Shown: positions 18,941 to 28,700 of the stretch, in pieces
Position numbering within the stretch: position 1 is the stretch's first letter
How the letters are laid out: every line of letters begins with the position of its first letter
NCBI GenBank assembly: GCA_963725155.1
Contig: CAVRXU010000007.1
Span: 320,131 to 384,130 of the forward strand
Direction of reading: 5' to 3'
DNA length: 64,000 bases
Source: an uncultured Microthrixaceae bacterium
GTDB taxonomy: Bacteria; Actinomycetota; Acidimicrobiia; Acidimicrobiales; DATDAH01
The notes under the pieces: model-generated
What the model saw: the letters and a program-made list of their open reading frames with translations, nothing else
The model's database searches: none
Told to the model about the DNA's origin: nothing
Made by a program: the position numbers and the translations under genes

Positions 18941-18961
18941 GGCTCGAGAGGGCGGGCGCGC

Positions 18962-19882
18962 TCAGTAGGCGTCGAGGTCGAGGAACTCGAAGGTATCCAG
19001 GCGGAAGGTCTCCTGGGGGACCTCGTCGCTGAAGCTGTGGACGACCAGGTTCAGAGGAGCCGGTCGCAACCGGTGGGGCGGCTGGACGCCCCGCACCCGC
19101 ACGAGGGCGTTGTAGCCGGCGTACACGGCGGCGGGCGCCCGGTGGTACCGGCAGACGGCGGCGACGGCCTTGCGGGCCGACAGGGGCTGGTCCATCGATC
19201 GGGCGCCACGGGGGAAGAGCTTGAGGACCACGGCCATCGGCACCGGCCCGAAGGCCGACCGGGTGGACACGACGACGAGGTCGTCATCGGCGTGAACGAC
19301 GTAGTTCCCGTGAGGGCGGGCCAGGCGCCACGCCAGCCGATCCGGGGCGTAGCTGTTGGTCCAGTGAACGGCGTCGTGCTGGTCCAGGTCGGCGGCCAGG
19401 GCGGTGAACGTCGAGCCGGCCAAGAACGGCTCGTCGACGACGTGGTGGTCCCAGCCGGCGCCGCTCCCGGTGGGCACGGCCACCTTCACCGGCATGGGCC
19501 CGAGGAAGCGGTAGCTCAGGTACTTGACGGCCCCCGGCGTCGACTTCTCGTTGGGAACCCCGATGACCATCTGGCGGCCCTGGGCGGTGGCCTCGGCGAA
19601 GTTCCGCAACCCGAGCTCGGACCAGTACCCCTTGCGCTGGGTACCCCGTCGGGTGACGGCGTTGAGCGAGAAGAGGAAGGGCGCCTCGCCCGCGGCGTTG
19701 CGGTAGGTCTGGGGCACCAGGGCGTAGTGGGCGACCCTTACGCCGCCCTCGTCGGCCGCCGCCTGGATGGCCGGCCCGTCGGGGTTCTGGTCATAGAGCC
19801 ACGCGAGGTACGCGTCGTCGACGAACCGGGGATCGGGCAGCTCCGCGTTCAACAACTCGGTGTTGAGCTCGTTGTCGTTCAT
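18962..19882 (-). CDS. GNAT-fold acyltransferase (possibly FemAB-like / Acetyltransf_6)
   Basis: 306 aa. Candidate CoA-binding segment VTRRGTQRKGYWSELGL. Its start overlaps the upstream stop (ATGA). The family assignment is tentative. Confidence 0.45.
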   Translation of the reverse strand: MNDNELNTELLNAELPDPRFVDDAYLAWLYDQNPDGPAIQAAADEGGVRVAHYALVPQTYRNAAGEAPFLFSLNAVTRRGTQRKGYWSELGLRNFAEATAQGRQMVIGVPNEKSTPGAVKYLSYRFLGPMPVKVAVPTGSGAGWDHHVVDEPFLAGSTFTALAADLDQHDAVHWTNSYAPDRLAWRLARPHGNYVVHADDDLVVVSTRSAFGPVPMAVVLKLFPRGARSMDQPLSARKAVAAVCRYHRAPAAVYAGYNALVRVRGVQPPHRLRPAPLNLVVHSFSDEVPQETFRLDTFEFLDLDAY

Positions 19883-21279
19883 GCCGGGGCCTCCACGGGC
19901 TCGGGGTCCGGGTCGTCGGCGGGCTCAGGTTCGGCCATCGGCCAGCGTCGGCGCAACACCACCTCGAGGCCCACCGCCGCGGCCACCACCAGGGCCACGT
20001 CGGCGGGGATCCGGTACCGGGTGGTGCCGAACGTCCATGCCGCGGTGACCGAGATCATCACCGCCATCCCCACGAGGGGGCTGATGGGCAGGCCTCGCCG
20101 CTTGAGGGCGACCACGCCGCCCACGGCGAACGGGAGGAGGGCGTAGTAGGTGACCAGGGCCAACTCCGAGGTTCGTTTGCCCCGGGCCTCCAGCTGCCAG
20201 TTGAAGCGGACGTTCTGCAGCGGGCGGTAGAGGTCCCACATGCGGGCCACCCGGGCGACCATCACGACCGGGAGGCGACCGAGGTGGTCCCGGATGTAGG
20301 TCTGGGCCCGCTCTCCCGCCACGGCCGCCCGCTGGGACTCGTCGTAGCCCCGGAGCCGCTCCTGGGCCTCGGGCACGGTCAGGCCCTCGTCGGCCGCGTA
20401 GTCCTCGATCACGAAGCAGTTGCCGTAGAAGCCGAGCTGCTCGCCGTAGTAGGTGGCGTCGCAGCTGGCCGTGTCCAGCACCGGCCCGGGGGCGGTGGAC
20501 AGGGTGGTCGGGTCCTCGAAACGGGTCAGGTTCCAGGCCACCCAGGGGCCCAGGAGCAGGACCGCGGCGGCTCCGGCGAGGGCCACGTGCACGAGGCGCT
20601 CGCGCCAGGTTCGCACCGCGCCGAGGATCAGCGGCAGCGCCACGAGGGCGTACAGCAGAAGGGACTCGGCTCGGGTGAGTGCGGTCAGCGCGATCACGAG
20701 GCCCAGGAGGGCGATGCGCCGTCGGGTGGGGTCTCGCCGGTAGCGGTAGGCGGCCAGGATCGTGAGGGCGATCAGCAGCGTGGCCAGGCTCTCCACCTGG
20801 AGCAGGAAGTCGTTGATCCAGAGGTTCGGGTACAGGGCCCCGATGGCGGCGGCGATGAGCCCGGCTCGCCAACCGAGCAGGTCCCGTCCGATGAGGCCCA
20901 GCACCACGACGGTGAGCGCGCCGAGGAGGGCGGCTGCTAGTCGATGGGTGTCGACGCCCTGTCCGCCGAGGGCCGAGACCACTCCGAGGTACATCGGGAA
21001 CAGGGGCATCTTGTGGGCGCTGGGTCGCTCTTCACCGGTGCTGGCGTAGGTGAACGGGTCGATGAAGGGTTTGCCGTCGGCCAGCAGGTTCCCCACCTCG
21101 TGGAGGTAGCGGGGGTCGTTGACGACGTTCGCCCCGCCCGTGATGGCCAGGCACCCCGGCGGTCCGTCCTCGGCCGGGTCCCCGCACTCCGGGCGCATCT
21201 CCAGGATCCAGAACCACCGCAGGCCGAGCCCGAGCAGGGCGATGCCGGCCAGGGCGAAGGCGAAGCGTCGGTTGCTCAC
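19879..21279 (-). CDS. GT-C membrane glycosyltransferase (ArnT/GT39-like), paralog 3 of 4
   Basis: Start set at GTG 21279 (GTGA overlap with the upstream stop); the ORF-track extension to 21588 overlaps paralog 4. Motifs YPNLWINDFLLQVESL, LTRAE, CDATYYGEQLGFYGNC, TRYRIPADVALV. Confidence 0.7.
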   Translation of the reverse strand: MSNRRFAFALAGIALLGLGLRWFWILEMRPECGDPAEDGPPGCLAITGGANVVNDPRYLHEVGNLLADGKPFIDPFTYASTGEERPSAHKMPLFPMYLGVVSALGGQGVDTHRLAAALLGALTVVVLGLIGRDLLGWRAGLIAAAIGALYPNLWINDFLLQVESLATLLIALTILAAYRYRRDPTRRRIALLGLVIALTALTRAESLLLYALVALPLILGAVRTWRERLVHVALAGAAAVLLLGPWVAWNLTRFEDPTTLSTAPGPVLDTASCDATYYGEQLGFYGNCFVIEDYAADEGLTVPEAQERLRGYDESQRAAVAGERAQTYIRDHLGRLPVVMVARVARMWDLYRPLQNVRFNWQLEARGKRTSELALVTYYALLPFAVGGVVALKRRGLPISPLVGMAVMISVTAAWTFGTTRYRIPADVALVVAAAVGLEVVLRRRWPMAEPEPADDPDPEPVEAPA

Positions 21280-22589
21280 GCTTCGACGGGGGCGTCCCGC
21301 AGGGTCACCCAGGCCAGCCCCAGGCCGGCCAACATGCACAGTGCCACTTCTGCGGGGACCCGGTACCGGGTGATGCCGAAGGTGGTGGCGGCGGTGAAGG
21401 TGACGAGCACGAACGGAGAGACCAGGGGGATGATCGTCACCCGCCGCCGCCAGAGGAGCACGACTCCGGCCACCGCGATGGGCAGCATCAGGTAGTACTG
21501 GCCGAGGGCGAACCGGGCCTCGTCGAGCCCCCGACGTTCGAAGAACCGGTCGAATTCGACCCCCTGATCGGTCCGGTACACCTGCCACATCCGTCCCACG
21601 CGGGCGAGGGCCACGCGGGGCAGCGCCCCGAGGTGGTCCTCCATGTAGGCCGTGGCCTTCTCACGGTGGATGGTGTCGATCTGGGACTCATCGCCGGAGA
21701 ACTCGGCCGGGGCACAGTCGATGTTCCAGTAGCCGAAGAAGTCCCCGGAGTAGGTCTTGTCGCAGTTGCCGAAGGCCAGGACCCGGCCGCTGCCGGTCGC
21801 CAGGTAGGGCGGGGCCGGCTCCTCGAAGCGCAGGAGGTTGCTGATCATCCAGGGCGCCATCAGGGCCAGGGCGACCGTGCCCGAGACGATGGCCAATCCG
21901 GCCCGCTGGCCCCAGGTGCGGTCACGGAGCATGACGGCGAGGGGCAGGACCAGGCCGGGCAGGAGGAGGAGGCCCTCGCTGCGGGTGAGCGTGGCGATGC
22001 CCACGGCCCCGCCGAGGAGGGCGGCGCTCCGCCAGGACGGCGATCGCCAGAAGCGGTAACCGGCCAGGATCACCAACGCCGCGAGCCCGGCGTAGAGCGA
22101 CTCGGAGAGGATGAGCGCGTCGTTGATCCAGAGGTTGGGGTAGATGGCGGCCAGGAAGGCGGCCAGGAGCCCGGCCCGATCACCTCCTCGCTCCCCCAAC
22201 CCGGCCCAGCGCCCGATCATGCGGGCACCGATCCCGATCAGGCCGACGGCGGCTGCGCCGGCGATGCCGCTCGCCAGCCGATTGGAGAGCGGGCTGTCCA
22301 ATCCGATGAGGCCGTACGCCGCCAGGTAGAGCACGTAGCCCGGCGGGTGACCGGCCGAAGGCTCGTAGACGGGGGGGCCACCGGCCTCGATCGAGTCCCG
22401 CCACACGAACGGCTCGTAGAAGCCGCCGTGGTCCAGGAGCAGCTTGGCCTGGGTGTGGTAGGCGTAGTTGTCGTCGAGGTCCAGGGTCAGGTCGCCGTAG
22501 TGGGCGAAGACGGCGATCCAGCGGACGGCCAACGCCAGGAGGACGAGCAGGAGGAGGCGGGCGGGAAACCCGCGGAATCGGCTCCGCAT
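21276..22589 (-). CDS. GT-C membrane glycosyltransferase (ArnT/GT39-like), paralog 4 of 4
   Basis: Motifs YPNLWINDALILSESL, LTRSE, CDKTYSGDFFGYWNIDC, TRYRVPAEVALC. Confidence 0.7.
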   Translation of the reverse strand: MRSRFRGFPARLLLLVLLALAVRWIAVFAHYGDLTLDLDDNYAYHTQAKLLLDHGGFYEPFVWRDSIEAGGPPVYEPSAGHPPGYVLYLAAYGLIGLDSPLSNRLASGIAGAAAVGLIGIGARMIGRWAGLGERGGDRAGLLAAFLAAIYPNLWINDALILSESLYAGLAALVILAGYRFWRSPSWRSAALLGGAVGIATLTRSEGLLLLPGLVLPLAVMLRDRTWGQRAGLAIVSGTVALALMAPWMISNLLRFEEPAPPYLATGSGRVLAFGNCDKTYSGDFFGYWNIDCAPAEFSGDESQIDTIHREKATAYMEDHLGALPRVALARVGRMWQVYRTDQGVEFDRFFERRGLDEARFALGQYYLMLPIAVAGVVLLWRRRVTIIPLVSPFVLVTFTAATTFGITRYRVPAEVALCMLAGLGLAWVTLRDAPVEA

Positions 22590-22616
22590 GTCGGGCGCCA
22601 GTCTAGGGGCCGACCC

Positions 22617-23477
22617 TCACACGGGAGCCGGGCACTCCTCGGGCGCGTGGAGCTGTGGGGGCCGGCGCCACGGGCCCTGCTGCCAGCCGTAGACGGCGTC
22701 GACGTTCCACTGCCGGGCTATCTCGTCCAGTACCGGGGTGCCCAGCGCCACGACCCCGTCGGGGCAGATGTGGAGGCCGTCGGTCCGGCGCAGGCGCACC
22801 GGCATCCCGGTGGTGGGCGACACGACGATGTCGGCGTAACCCCCCTCCGGCCCCGACAGGTACTGGCCGCCGGGCAGGTAGTCCACGTCGTCGCGGGCGT
22901 CGGCGGCCCGGGCGAACACCGAGTTCAAGCCGACGAAGCGCTCGGTGGTCTCGGGGTCGTCGACCGCGGCCATGCCGATCCAGAGGACATTGGCCCCGTC
23001 CCGGGTGATGAGGTCGAGGAACGGGTCCACCACGCGGTTGCGGTATCGCTGGGGCCATCCGGGCTCGGCGGCAGCCGTCTCCCCGACCGTCTGGTCCTCC
23101 CAGAAGCCGACGAGGAGCACGATGAGGTCCGGATCGTGGGTCTGCAGCTCCTGGTTCCAGATGACGCGGTCGGCACCACCCCGGGCCAACGAGGGGGCCA
23201 GGACGAAGTGCCCGGTCGACTCGTGGGTGCCCTCGAGGGCCTGGATCAAGGCCGGGGCCACCTCGGCCATCACCGAGTCGCCGACGAAGGTCACCCGCAG
23301 GGGGTCGGCGGCTGTGGGCTGGCGCCCACCCGGTGGGAGGCTGGTGGTCGTCGGAGGCACCGTGGTGGTGGTCGTCGTCGGATCGGCAGCGGCCGAGCCG
23401 CCGTCGTCGGCGCAGGCGGCCGAGAGGGCGACGAGGAGCAGTACGAGCGCGACGGCTCGTCGGCAACGACCGGACAT
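22617..23477 (-). CDS. SGNH-hydrolase-fold lipoprotein, paralog 3 of 4
   Basis: Start ATG 23477 (MSGRCRRAVALVLLLVALSAAC lipobox), poly-Thr linker, VTFVGDSVM, DGLHICPDG, and a C-terminal W...W...EEC tail. The ORF-track extension to 23855 is rejected. Confidence 0.7.
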   Translation of the reverse strand: MSGRCRRAVALVLLLVALSAACADDGGSAAADPTTTTTTVPPTTTSLPPGGRQPTAADPLRVTFVGDSVMAEVAPALIQALEGTHESTGHFVLAPSLARGGADRVIWNQELQTHDPDLIVLLVGFWEDQTVGETAAAEPGWPQRYRNRVVDPFLDLITRDGANVLWIGMAAVDDPETTERFVGLNSVFARAADARDDVDYLPGGQYLSGPEGGYADIVVSPTTGMPVRLRRTDGLHICPDGVVALGTPVLDEIARQWNVDAVYGWQQGPWRRPPQLHAPEECPAPV

Positions 23478-23555
23478 CGTGGGGCAGCGTAGTGAGCCGC
23501 ACCCCCTGCTCGGCCGCGGGTCCCCGGGAGCCCACGCCCTAGGATCGGCGCCGAG

Positions 23556-24299
23556 ATGACGGAGCCGGAGACGAGTCCGGGCGCGAACCCGACGCTGGTG
23601 ATCATCCCGGCCTTCAACGAGGAGGATGCCCTCCCGGCGGTCCTGGCCGATCTGGCCACGCGCCCGAGCCTCGATGTGATCGTGGTCGACGACGGGTCCA
23701 CCGACCGGACGGCCGCAGTGGCCGCCGAGCAGGGGGTCACGGTCCTCTCCCTGCCGTTCAACCTCGGCATCGGCGGCGCCCTGCGCACCGGGTTCCTGTA
23801 CGCGGTGCGCAACGGCTACGACCGGGCCGTCCAGTTCGACGGCGACGGCCAGCACGACCCCGACGAGATCCCGACCCTCCTGGCCGCCCTCGACGAGGGC
23901 GCTGACATGGTCGTGGGCAGCCGCTTCGCCGGGAAATCCGCTTCCTACACCGTGAGTCGCGTGCGGGCCCGGGCCATGGGCGTCCTCCGCTTCACCATCA
24001 AGACCCTCTCCGGTCAGCAGTTCTCCGACACCAGCTCCGGGTTCCGGGCCTTCAACCGCGAGGTCCTCGAGTTCTTCGCCCGCACCTATCCCTCGGAGTA
24101 CATGGAGTCAGTGGAGGCCCTCCTCCTGGCCTGCGCCGAAGGGTTCCAGGTCGCCGAGGTCCCGGTGAACATGAGCGACCGCGAGGCGGGCACACCCTCC
24201 AACCGGCAATGGCGCCTCGTGTACCACTACCTGCGCCTCCTCGTGGTCCTCGTCGCGTCGGCCCCCCGTCGCGCCGTGGTGCGGGAGGCGAAGGCATGA
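23556..24299 (+). CDS. GT2 glycosyltransferase, polyprenyl-phosphate sugar synthase-like (DPM1/Ppm1/GtrB-type catalytic domain)
   Basis: LVIIPAFNEE...VIVVDDGSTDRT...FDGDGQHDP motifs. 247 aa, soluble. Translationally coupled to a DUF2304 membrane protein. Confidence 0.75.
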   Translation: MTEPETSPGANPTLVIIPAFNEEDALPAVLADLATRPSLDVIVVDDGSTDRTAAVAAEQGVTVLSLPFNLGIGGALRTGFLYAVRNGYDRAVQFDGDGQHDPDEIPTLLAALDEGADMVVGSRFAGKSASYTVSRVRARAMGVLRFTIKTLSGQQFSDTSSGFRAFNREVLEFFARTYPSEYMESVEALLLACAEGFQVAEVPVNMSDREAGTPSNRQWRLVYHYLRLLVVLVASAPRRAVVREAKA

Positions 24300-24691
24300 G
24301 TCCACGGGCCCAACTCCTGGTCATGGCCATCGTGGCCTTCTCGCTGCTCTTCATCCTGCGCCTGGTGCGCCGGCGCAAGCTGCAGGGCAAGTACGCCCTG
24401 CTCTGGGTGGGCGTCGGCCTGTTCCTCGGTGCCTTCGCTCTCGTCCCCGACGTCCTCGTGCCCATCTCCGACTGGGTGGGCATCGCCTACGAGCCGGCGG
24501 TGTTCTTCCTGGCCGCCATCGCCTTCCTCTTCCTGATGGTCGTCCACTTCTCCTTCGAGCTGTCCCGCTCCGAGGAGCGCACGAGGACGCTGGCCGAGGA
24601 GGTCGCCCTGCTCAAGGCCCGCATGGACAAGACCGATCCCCCGCTCGACCGGACCCCGACGGCGCCCGTCGACGACGCGCCGGAGGACTGA
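24296..24691 (+). CDS. DUF2304-family small membrane protein
   Basis: ATG 24296 overlaps the upstream stop (ATGA). Three or four TM helices, the RLVRRRKLQGKYALLW motif, and a C-terminal coiled segment. Typical partner of this GT2 type. Confidence 0.65.
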   Translation: MSPRAQLLVMAIVAFSLLFILRLVRRRKLQGKYALLWVGVGLFLGAFALVPDVLVPISDWVGIAYEPAVFFLAAIAFLFLMVVHFSFELSRSEERTRTLAEEVALLKARMDKTDPPLDRTPTAPVDDAPED

Positions 24692-24709
24692 GCCCCGCCT
24701 CGGCGGCCG

Positions 24710-25441
24710 CTATCGGGTCGATCGGGCGGTGACGATGAGGCCGTCGGCGACGAAGGGGGCCCAGAGCCGGCCGATGGTGCGCTCCAACCAGAGGACGAAG
24801 CGGCCGGCGAGGCCCAGGACCCGCTGGCGCAGCCCCGACCCGGGGGCGGCCTTCACGGCGGGTACGAATGTGGCCGTGGCCACGATCTCCCAGCCGTGGC
24901 GGCCCATGAGGTTGGACAGGGTGCGCCAGCTGAAGAGGACGACGTGGTCGGGATGGTTGATCTCGGCCCCCGCCATCGCGGCGAAGCCGTTGAGCAGGCC
25001 CGAGGCGTTGGGGGTGGTCAGGATGAGGGTGCCGCCGGGGGCCAGCAGGCGGTGCAGGCCGTCGAGGAACGAACCCGGATCGTCGAGGTGTTCGATGACC
25101 TCGCCGGCCACGACCACCTCCGCGGGATCGATGCCGAGGGCGTCGATCTGGTCGGGGTCCCGGCAGTCGGCCACGTAGGCCTCGTAGCCCTGCTCGGTGG
25201 CCAGGGCCACCCCCGCCTCGTCCAGGTCGATGCCGACCAGGCTGGTGGCGGACTCGGCCAGGTGGGCGTGGAGCCAGGTGCCGGCCTCGGCCTGCATCTC
25301 CTGGTAGCCGGCGTCGACGAAGCCGACGTGGATCACCCGACGCCCGCGGACCTGGCCGGCCACGTGGGGGATGCGCTGCACCAGCTGCGCCTTCGGCAGC
25401 CGGTGCACCATCTCGAGCTGAGCCTCGTCGGACGCGGACAC
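24710..25441 (-). CDS. Class I SAM-dependent methyltransferase
   Basis: GTG start at 25441. Motif I VIHVGFVDAG is atypical; LVGIDLD and the post-I/II region VVVAGEVIEHLDDPGSFLDGLHRLLAPGGTLILTTPN are present. Confidence 0.75.
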   Translation of the reverse strand: MSASDEAQLEMVHRLPKAQLVQRIPHVAGQVRGRRVIHVGFVDAGYQEMQAEAGTWLHAHLAESATSLVGIDLDEAGVALATEQGYEAYVADCRDPDQIDALGIDPAEVVVAGEVIEHLDDPGSFLDGLHRLLAPGGTLILTTPNASGLLNGFAAMAGAEINHPDHVVLFSWRTLSNLMGRHGWEIVATATFVPAVKAAPGSGLRQRVLGLAGRFVLWLERTIGRLWAPFVADGLIVTARSTR

Positions 25442-25460
25442 GGCCGGTCACCGTACCGGT

Positions 25461-25763
25461 AGCGTGACGTTGCGGAGTCGGAGCGGAGCAGCTCAGTGGA
25501 CCCTCGGGATCGGCGGCGCCGGAGTTGCTGAGCGAAGCGAAGCCACTCAGATGGGCTGGAGCGTGACGTTGCGGAGTCGGAGCGGAGCAGCTCAGCGGAC
25601 CCTCGGGATCGGCGGCGCCGGAGTTGCTGAGCGAAGCGAAGCCACTCAGATGGGCTGGAGCGTGACGTTGCGGAGTCGGAGCGGAGCAGCTCAGCGGACC
25701 CTCGGGATCGGCGGCGCCGGAGTTGCTGAGCGAAGCGAAGCCACTCAGATGTAGCTGTAGCGT
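25461..25763. repeat. Tandem repeat, 3.06 copies of a 99-bp unit
   Basis: Units at 25461-25559, 25560-25658 and 25659-25757, plus 6 nt of a fourth. The only difference is T versus C at 25497, apart from the 3' end of unit 3. The array lies between divergent start codons at 25441 and 25779. Confidence 0.95.
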
Positions 25764-25778
25764 GCTCCACCGCTCGTC

Positions 25779-28700
25779 GTGATGCCTCCCCGTACCTCCT
25801 CCGTCTTGACGCGCCTGCGCCGCAGCGTCCCGCTGCTGCTCCTGGCGGCCGTCACCTACCTGCCCCTGGTCTTCACCCAGCCGGGCCAGGTCGGCGCGGA
25901 CACGAAGACCTACCTGTACCTCGATCCGGGCCGCCTCCTGCGGGACGCCGCCTTCCTGTGGGATCCCGGGGTCGGCCTGGGCGGGGTGACCCACCAGGTC
26001 ATCGGCTACCTCTGGCCGATGGGGCCCTTCTACTGGTTCTTCGACGCCATCGGCGTGCCCGACTGGATGGCGCAGCGCCTGTGGCTGGGCAGTCTGATGT
26101 TCGCCGCGGGCGCGGGTGTCCTCTACCTCCTCCGCACCCTCGGCTGGCCCGACCGACCGGCCGACCACGACGACGCGAAGCCCTCTTCGGCGACCTGGTG
26201 GGACGCGGGCATGGTCGTGGCCGCCCTGGCCTACGCCCTGAGCCCATACGTCCTGGACTACGCGGCCCGGATCTCGGTGATCCTGCTGCCGTGGGCCGGG
26301 CTCCCGTGGCTCATCGCCTTCCTGGCCCGGGCCATCCGGGTCGGCGGGTGGCGCTACCCGGCGGCCTTCGCCCTGGTGACGCTGACCATCAGCAGCACCA
26401 ACCTGACCTCGGTCGTGCTCGTGGGCATCGGCCCGATCCTCTGGGTCGCCTTCGCGGTCTGGATCGAGCGGGAGGTGCCCTTCCGCCAGGCCTTGGGCGC
26501 GGTGTGGCGCACCGGGCTGCTGACCGTCGGCGTGTCCCTCTGGTGGTTCGTCGGTCTGGTCGTGGAAGGCCGCTACGGGATCCCCATCGTCCGCTACACC
26601 GAGACCTACCAGGCCGTGGCGGTGGCCTCCACGACCCCGGAGGTCATCCGCGGCCTCGGCTACTGGTTCTTCTACGGGAACGACAAGCTCGGCCAGTGGA
26701 TCATCCCGAGCATCCACTACATGCGCTACGGCATCCCGCTGTCGTTCGCCCTGCCGATCTTCGCCTTCCTCTCCGGTGCCCTGACCCGCTTCCGGCACCG
26801 GCTCTTCTTCATCACCCTGATCGTGATCGGGGCCGTGATGGCGGTCGGCGGCCACCCCTACGACGATCCGTCACCGGCAGGTGGCCTGCTGGTGGCATGG
26901 ACCAAGACCGACCTCGGGCTGGCCTTCCGGAGCACGGCCCGCGTGCTGCCGCTGCTCGTGCTGGGGACCTCAGTCCTCCTCGGCACGGGCGTGGTGGCCC
27001 TCGGGCGCCGACTCCCCCGCTTGGCCACGCCGATCGGGGTGCTGGCGGTGATCCTGGTCATCGCCAACCTGCCTGCGCCTTGGGTCGGCCAGATGGTGGA
27101 CCGGAACCTGCGCCGCGACGAGGACCTGCCCGACTACTGGGTCGACGCCGCCGCCCATCTCGACGCCCGGGACGACGGCACCCGCGTCCTCGAGCTACCG
27201 GGCACGGACTTCGCCGCCTACCGCTGGGGCAACACCGTCGACCCGATCACGCCGGGCCTGATGGACCGCCCGTACGTGGCCCGGGAGCTGATCCCCCTGG
27301 GCACACCGGTCGCCGCCAACCTGGTCAACGCCATCGACCGGCCGCTGCAGGAGGGCACCTTCGACCCCGACGCCTTGGCCCCCCTGGCCCGTCTCATCGG
27401 CGTGGGCGACATCGTGCTCCGCTCCGACCTCGAGTACGAGCGTTTCCGCACGCCCCGCCCGGAGACCACGTGGGCGCTGCTCCGGTCCGTCCCAGGGCTG
27501 GGTGAGCCGGTGGCCTTCGGCGAAGCGGTCGAGAACCAGCCCCGTGAACAGTTGCCGCTGTTGGACGAGATCGAGCTGGCCACCGACCAGACCCTCGAGG
27601 ACCCACCCCCCGTCGCCGTCTTCCCGGTCGATGACGCCGCCCCGATCGTGCGGGCCCTGCCCGCCGAGCATCCCATCGTGGTCTCCGGCGACGGTGACGG
27701 CCTGGTGGCCGCCACCGCGGCCGGGGTGATCGACCCCGACCGGGCGATCCTGTACAGCGCCGGCCTCCTCGACGAGGACGACCCAGCGATGTTCGACACC
27801 GTCCTGGACCAGGGCGCCGACGTCGTCATCACCGACTCCAACCGGCGTCGGGCCCGGCGCTGGGGGGCCATCCGGGAGAACGAGGGCTACACCGAGATGG
27901 CCGGCGAGGAGGCCCTCGAGTACGACGTGGGCGACGCCCGCCTCGACGTCTTCCCCGGCGCGTCCGACGACAGCTTCACGGTCGCCGTACAGCGCGGCGG
28001 GGCCACGATCCAGGCCAGCGCCTACGGCAACCCCGTCAGCTACACCCCAGGCGACCGGGCCTTCTTCGCCATGGACGGCGACCCCCGTACCGCCTGGAAG
28101 GTCGGGGCCTTCGCGAGGTCGAAGGCGAGTACCTCCGGATCACGACCGACGAACCGGTGACCACGGACCACATCGGCCTGACCCAGCCCCTGTCGACCGA
28201 CATCAACCGCTGGATCACCGAGGTCGAGCTGCGCTTCGACGGCGGCGATCCCGTGCGCGTGGACCTGACCGAGGCCTCCCGCACCCGTCCGGGCCAGGTC
28301 GTGGAGTTCCCCGAGCGGACCTTCCAGCGCCTCGACATCGAGATCCTGGCCGACACCATCGGCTTCCGGCCGAAGCTGGCCGGCGTCAGTGCGGTGGGCT
28401 TCTCCGAGGTCGATCTCGAGGGCCTGCAGCTCGAGGAGCTGATCCGTCCGCCGGTTGACCTCGTCGACGCCGTTGACGGCGATCTGACCGACCACCGCCT
28501 GAGCTACGTGCTCCAGCGCCAGCGCACCAACCCGGCCGAGCCCGTCCGGGTCGATGAGGAGCCGAGCATGCGCCGCCTGCTCGACGTCCCCGGTGAGCGG
28601 ACGTTCGAGCTCGACGGCGAGGCCCGCATCTCGGCCCAGGCCCCCGATCCGATGGTGGACCGCCTCCTGGGCCTGCCCGGCGCCGGCGCCGGTGGCCTCA

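Noticed and set aside
25461-25763. Whether the tandem repeat is a CRISPR array.
   Set aside because: The units are directly adjacent (99-bp period) with no unique spacers, they are too long for CRISPR repeats, and there are no cas genes in the window.
24612-26855. The ORFs running through the tandem repeat (747-aa minus-strand ORF, 25333-25770 (-), 25464-25754 (+)) as repeat-containing proteins.
   Set aside because: Their periodic peptide sequences simply mirror the 99-bp (3n) DNA period. They also overlap the well-supported methyltransferase and AftD-like frames, and have no signal sequence or domain features.
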